Source: an uncultured virus (IMG/VR IMGVR_UViG_3300003410_000004)
Lineage: Duplodnaviria > Heunggongvirae > Uroviricota > Caudoviricetes
Virus record (IMG/VR): IMGVR_UViG_3300003410_000004
DNA: 64,000 bases
Direction: 5' to 3' (one strand)
The notes under the pieces: generated by a model
Told to the model about the DNA's origin: nothing
Database searches by the model: none
Seen by the model: only the letters and a program-made list of their open reading frames with translations
Shown: one piece after another, positions 59,963-64,000 of the stretch
Position numbering within the stretch: the stretch's first letter is position 1
Layout: each line of letters opens with the position of its first letter
Translations under genes and position numbers: made by a program

Positions 59963-60359
59963 AGTTGATCTAAATGCATATAAAGACTTTGTACAAGCAG
60001 TGACCAGTACAGAGTCGAATGAGTTGGATGCGATGGTATCGCGTCTTGGTGAGTTGAATGAAAAAGTGAATATTCCCCTGCTGATGACAGGTGCTATTGG
60101 AATCTCTGCAGAAGGAGGCGAGTTTGTTGAAATCGTTAAGAAGTGTGTTTTCCAAGGAAAACCTATGGATGATGATACCATATATCACGCAAAGCGAGAA
60201 CTTGGCGATATTATGTGGTATTGGATTAACTCATGTCGTGCATTGGGTTTAGACCCCAATGAGGTGATCCAAGGTAACGTTGATAAGTTAATGTCACGTT
60301 ACCCTGGCGGTCACTTTGATGTGTTCTACTCTGAGAACAGGGTAGAAGGCGACTTGTAA
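59952..60359 (+). CDS. mazG: MazG-like NTP pyrophosphohydrolase
   Basis: AEGGEF.EIVKK, ELGD.MWY, N..KL..RY. Confidence 0.9.
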   Translation: MMSEVDLNAYKDFVQAVTSTESNELDAMVSRLGELNEKVNIPLLMTGAIGISAEGGEFVEIVKKCVFQGKPMDDDTIYHAKRELGDIMWYWINSCRALGLDPNEVIQGNVDKLMSRYPGGHFDVFYSENRVEGDL

Positions 60360-60904
60360 TGTATTATGCAGGGATTGACTACTCCCTAACGTCACCTGCA
60401 ATCTGTTTAACGCGAGACTTCTCTGAACAGACTACTCGTTACTACTATCTTACTAATAAGAAGAAATATGACGGTAGGTTCATGGGCGGCACATGTCAGG
60501 GAAGTCTCGCGTTTCCCTATTCCTCTCAAGAAGAACGGTTCGACAACATATCGAATTGGGTAATGGCAGTATTGTCAGACTACGATGTAAAGCATGTGTT
60601 CATCGAAGATTATGCGATGGGTGCGAAAGGTCGAGTGTTCCATATCGGAGAAAACACTGGTTTATTGCAACATAAACTGTGGAAAGATAAATACTCATTC
60701 ACGAAGATTGCTCCAACCGTAGTTAAGAAACATGCTACTGGTAAAGGAAACGCAAAGAAAGAACAGATGTACGATGCGTGGATAGACCGATTTGGTGGTA
60801 ATCTTATAGAAGAGTTTAGTCAGAACAAACTGGACAATCCAGTGACTGACATTATCGATGCATTTTATATCGCGGAAACAGGCGCATGTTCATTGGAATC
60901 TTAA
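60359..60904 (+). CDS. RuvC-like nuclease
   Basis: GIDYS, FIED, KK.ATGKGNA.K, DIIDA. Confidence 0.8.
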   Translation: MYYAGIDYSLTSPAICLTRDFSEQTTRYYYLTNKKKYDGRFMGGTCQGSLAFPYSSQEERFDNISNWVMAVLSDYDVKHVFIEDYAMGAKGRVFHIGENTGLLQHKLWKDKYSFTKIAPTVVKKHATGKGNAKKEQMYDAWIDRFGGNLIEEFSQNKLDNPVTDIIDAFYIAETGACSLES

Positions 60905-61938
60905 TCTTTTTATCAGGTATATTCGTATCTGGTGTCGCGGCATACTACTCCATCATGGGGTTGATTGCTATCTTTGCTTCAGCACAATTTGCTATCGCAA
61001 TCATGGGGGTATCCCTTGAGGTTGCTAAATTGGTGACTGCCGCTTGGTTACACTACAACTGGAAGAAAGTCAACTTCCTGATGAAAGCATACCTATCGTC
61101 TGCAGTCGTTCTATTGGTGTTCATCACCTCTATGGGTATCTTTGGATTCCTCTCTAAAGCGCATATCGATCAGACGATCAATGCAGGTGACAATACCGTA
61201 GTCATTGAGCGCATCGAGCAAAGAATTGCTCGTGAACAGCGTACCATAGCAGACTCTGAGCAAGTTATCTCTCAGTTAGATCAAGCAGTACAAACCCTGA
61301 TGGATTATGATCGTGTTAGAGGTAAAGACGGTGCTATCGCAGTAAGACAGTCGCAGAAAGAAGAACGTGATATGCTTGCAGGTATCATCACCGAAGCGCA
61401 AGATGCTATCGATGTACTGGAAGATGAAAAACTTAACCTCAGTAAAGAACAGATCGCACTGGAAGCAGAGGTAGGACCTCTCAAGTATATTGCTGAACTG
61501 ATCTACGGTGATGAAGCGAAAGATCACTTTGATGAAGCAGTACGTTGGGTAATCATTCTATTGGTGTTCGTATTCGATCCACTTGCGGTGACGATGCTAC
61601 TTGCCGCTAACGTATCATTTAAAGAGTCTCGTAAGCGTGTAGTACCAGTGGAGAACATTAGTTCGTTTGAGGAGATTGACGATGATGATATCGAAAGTTT
61701 TACCGATTTTCAGAGCAACCAACCACTTGAAGAAACCACCTCGATTAATCCAGAAACGGGTGAAGAAGTCAGATTGCGTGAAACCGACTTTGGATCGGAA
61801 GGCGTAGTACTCGTGCCAGATATCACAATGACTGAAGATGAAGTTGCAGAAGCGAAGAAAATCTTCAGAGAAAAATCTGATCCATCCACACTATGGGATA
61901 AATTTTGGAAACATAAGCAGGAACGTGATAAGTTATAA
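60886..61938 (+). CDS. Multi-pass membrane protein with coiled coil
   Basis: Three N-terminal TMs, EVGP, FVFDPLA TM, acidic tail. Confidence 0.7.
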   Translation: MFIGILIFLSGIFVSGVAAYYSIMGLIAIFASAQFAIAIMGVSLEVAKLVTAAWLHYNWKKVNFLMKAYLSSAVVLLVFITSMGIFGFLSKAHIDQTINAGDNTVVIERIEQRIAREQRTIADSEQVISQLDQAVQTLMDYDRVRGKDGAIAVRQSQKEERDMLAGIITEAQDAIDVLEDEKLNLSKEQIALEAEVGPLKYIAELIYGDEAKDHFDEAVRWVIILLVFVFDPLAVTMLLAANVSFKESRKRVVPVENISSFEEIDDDDIESFTDFQSNQPLEETTSINPETGEEVRLRETDFGSEGVVLVPDITMTEDEVAEAKKIFREKSDPSTLWDKFWKHKQERDKL

Positions 61939-61977
61939 AAAACTTTGGCAATATAACAAAATAATCTAAGAAGGGGG

Positions 61978-62006
61978 TTGACAATGTTCGCCCCCTTTTG
62001 TATTAT
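61978..62006 (+). promoter_or_regulatory. Early sigma70 promoter within terminator-like hairpin
   Basis: TTGACA-17-TATTAT; AAGGGGG...CCCCCTTTT. Confidence 0.8.
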
Positions 62007-62037
62007 ATGAGGGTAAGTTGATGAGAGAGAAAAAATT

Positions 62038-62319
62038 ATGTTCCGTATTCCAGATTTCTATGATATTACTCCTAACATGGAGTTCAAACACGCCGTAGAT
62101 ATTGTGACTCGTCATGGTCGTGGTGACTTACTTGAAGGTATGAATGCACTGGATCGCGCTTTCACCGAGTTCTGTGAAGGACAGCGAGCATTCTATGCAT
62201 GTGAGACTGATTATATGGTGTTTGCAGATGAAGATGACTTCTATGATCACTATGGTGTTGAGTGTAGTGCATACAACGTTGTGTTTGAGAATATGGGAAA
62301 ACTTTTTGAAAAAAAGTGA
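62038..62319 (+). CDS. Early hypothetical protein
   Basis: Follows promoter and GAGAGAG leader. Confidence 0.7.
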   Translation: MFRIPDFYDITPNMEFKHAVDIVTRHGRGDLLEGMNALDRAFTEFCEGQRAFYACETDYMVFADEDDFYDHYGVECSAYNVVFENMGKLFEKK

Positions 62320-62328
62320 AAAAAAGTG

Positions 62329-62357
62329 TTGACAAGTGTTGCACAATGCACTAAACT
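62329..62357 (+). promoter_or_regulatory. Early sigma70 promoter
   Basis: A tracts, TTGACA-17-TAAACT. Confidence 0.75.
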
Positions 62358-62387
62358 GACCTTGTTGAATTGAGAGAGAGATTGATT

Positions 62388-62642
62388 ATGAATTTGAACG
62401 ATATGATGAAACTTGCAGAGCGTGGACATGAGTTCATTCGTTACATGAAAGACTTCTACTGTTTAGATGCTGACGGTATCTATGCTGAAGAGTTCCAGTT
62501 CACTGAAGAAGAAATCGTTGACGGTATGAACGAATACTTCAAGAGCGAACAAGTAATGAAAGATATTATGAAGTACGGTGCTGACACTGTTGATCGTGAA
62601 GCAGTCCGTGATATTATTTTGACAATGCGAGGTGAAGTATAA
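62388..62642 (+). CDS. Early hypothetical protein
   Basis: ATG after GAGAGAGAG; DTVDRE motif. Confidence 0.7.
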   Translation: MNLNDMMKLAERGHEFIRYMKDFYCLDADGIYAEEFQFTEEEIVDGMNEYFKSEQVMKDIMKYGADTVDREAVRDIILTMRGEV

Positions 62643-62971
62643 TGATGTACGTTGTAACTACTACTGCGCTTGAGAACTATGGCGCACACTGTGAGTCTGG
62701 TAAGTTTGCTGATGGTAAAGCATACTGGAAGTTTAAGTCTGGTACAGACTACATCGTGGAAGGGTTAGACCGTCCACAAGACGCAATGGCGTTTGTCGCC
62801 GCTCTTGGTATCGAGAACGGTATCGGTTGGAAAGAGTTCCCTGCAGAGGTGTTAACCTACGAAGAGTGGGAAAGTCAGTTCAATGACGATGAGTGGGGTC
62901 GTGAGTACAAAGAGTTCAAACTTGAGTACATGAAGCGAGTCAACCCATTTGAGATGATGGAGGCGGCATGA
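62642..62971 (+). CDS. Early hypothetical protein
   Basis: GAGG RBS; ENYGAH...YWKFK.G motif. Confidence 0.7.
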   Translation: MMYVVTTTALENYGAHCESGKFADGKAYWKFKSGTDYIVEGLDRPQDAMAFVAALGIENGIGWKEFPAEVLTYEEWESQFNDDEWGREYKEFKLEYMKRVNPFEMMEAA

Positions 62972-63075
62972 TGTTAGATTATATCGCTGTTCGGTTAGCA
63001 CAAGCATTCTTGCTATGTGCGCTGTTCCTTGGTCTGATTGACTTGGTTTATTATTGCCTTGACTTATTGCGGTAA
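62968..63075 (+). CDS. Small hydrophobic peptide (35 aa, not in track)
   Basis: GGAGG RBS, ATGA coupling; MMLDYIAVRLAQAFLLCALFLGLIDLVYYCLDLLR. Confidence 0.5.
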   Translation: MMLDYIAVRLAQAFLLCALFLGLIDLVYYCLDLLR

Positions 63076-63087
63076 CTAGTCTATACT
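63059..63087 (+). promoter_or_regulatory. sigma70 promoter
   Basis: TATTGCC-TTGACT-17-TATACT. Confidence 0.78.
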
Positions 63088-63113
63088 GTGAATAAATGAT
63101 GAGAGGAGTTGTT

Positions 63114-63329
63114 ATGAATATGAATGACATGTTAGACATCTACAACGAAATGAGTCTGGTACGTTCTGTTTTGAACATGCCAGAAGTTCGTTCTATTGCT
63201 AACGAAGAAGTCTATCGTATGGTAGATCAACGTTGTGTTAAACTTGCAGGTGAAATCGCTGAGTATGAAGCGATGGTTGATGAACTTGCAATGCGCTTTG
63301 AAGGAGATATTGCGAATGTCAAAGGTTAA
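63114..63329 (+). CDS. Hypothetical protein
   Basis: GAGGAG RBS; ATG at 63114. Confidence 0.65.
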   Translation: MNMNDMLDIYNEMSLVRSVLNMPEVRSIANEEVYRMVDQRCVKLAGEIAEYEAMVDELAMRFEGDIANVKG

Positions 63330-63513
63330 GTCTGCGTATTGGGATGAGATCAATTCTATGGAATATGATCAAGAACCTGACCCAGAGGTTCCAGAAAATC
63401 CCTCTTTCGTGTCCTATGTCAATCAATTGATTGATGATTGCCGCCCTCCTATTGACTATCAGGCATACATAGATTACTGTCGGCAGATGGAGCGTGAAGC
63501 GAATGAAGGTTGA
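63316..63513 (+). CDS. Hypothetical protein
   Basis: AAGGAG RBS; ATG at 63316. Confidence 0.6.
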   Translation: MSKVKSAYWDEINSMEYDQEPDPEVPENPSFVSYVNQLIDDCRPPIDYQAYIDYCRQMEREANEG

Positions 63514-63709
63514 AGAACTGTACGGTTTTGTCCGTACCCATTTCGAGGGTGACAGTTATCACGATATCGTGAGTAATGTGATACTGTCTATGAAGCGTGA
63601 GAAACCGTCTCTATATGAGAAGTACGGTTTGTCAATGGTAAAGGATGCAGTGTACCAAATGCAAAAGAATGGTACATCTGATTTATTGGGAAACTACTAT
63701 GAAAATTGA
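63503..63709 (+). CDS. Hypothetical protein
   Basis: Overlap-coupled ORF. Confidence 0.55.
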   Translation: MKVEELYGFVRTHFEGDSYHDIVSNVILSMKREKPSLYEKYGLSMVKDAVYQMQKNGTSDLLGNYYEN

Positions 63710-63929
63710 ACTCTATTCAAAAGAGAACTGTAAGTATTGTGAGATGTCTGCGAGGGCATTAGAGCAAGCAGGATTTGAATTCACCACTAAAAAACTTGAT
63801 GTGGATTTTGATCGTGAATTTGTAGTGAATAATTTTCCCACTGCAAGAACATTTCCTATTGTTGTAATCAATGGGGAGATGCTTGGTGGATTCCAAGAAT
63901 TATCGTTAATGTTAGAAAGGATTAAGTAA
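63699..63929 (+). CDS. Glutaredoxin
   Basis: CKYC, TFP, GGF. Confidence 0.9.
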   Translation: MKIELYSKENCKYCEMSARALEQAGFEFTTKKLDVDFDREFVVNNFPTARTFPIVVINGEMLGGFQELSLMLERIK

Positions 63930-64000
63930 TGGATCGTGAAACTATGGTAGAGCAGTTGCGTAGCAAGGTTTGTACTGTTACGTTTACTAAAGTGAATGGT
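63929..64000 (+). CDS. Conserved phage protein, 3'-partial
   Basis: TAATG coupling; MDRETMVEQLRSKVCTVTFTKVNG. Confidence 0.6.
   Translation, partial: MDRETMVEQLRSKVCTVTFTKVNG

Noticed and set aside
1..64000. CRISPR array, integrase/transposase or stop-codon recoding
   Set aside because: No repeat-spacer array or recombinase seen; core genes are full length in the standard code.

Overview
A 64-kb, almost entirely plus-strand segment of a large T4-like myovirus. The host is probably a Gram-negative, likely marine proteobacterium; this is inferred from a spanin-like pair, a YALAA tmRNA tag and a ROSE-like element. It carries the T4 core head/tail module (gp14-gp23, gp3), the recombination/replication module (UvsY, UvsW, gp55, gp47/46, gp45/44/62, RegA, gp43, UvsX, gp41, gp61, NrdA/B), gp55-type late promoters (TATAAATA) and near-consensus sigma70 promoters. 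Accessory highlights: (1) a circularly permuted two-piece tmRNA (tag ANDSTYALAA); (2) a ROSE-type thermometer before Hsp20; (3) an unannotated rubredoxin; (4) a candidate DNA-hypermodification cluster (GNAT-like/AspH fusion, PLP enzyme, 2OG oxygenases, amino-MTase); (5) a late block of apparent capsid-targeted cargo proteins, including two polyproteins whose modules are joined by repeated ExVELxE linkers resembling gp21 cleavage sites; (6) a recurrent TATTGCC promoter motif; (7) apparent avoidance of GCWGC and RGCY. All product calls come from motif recognition by eye; no searches were run.
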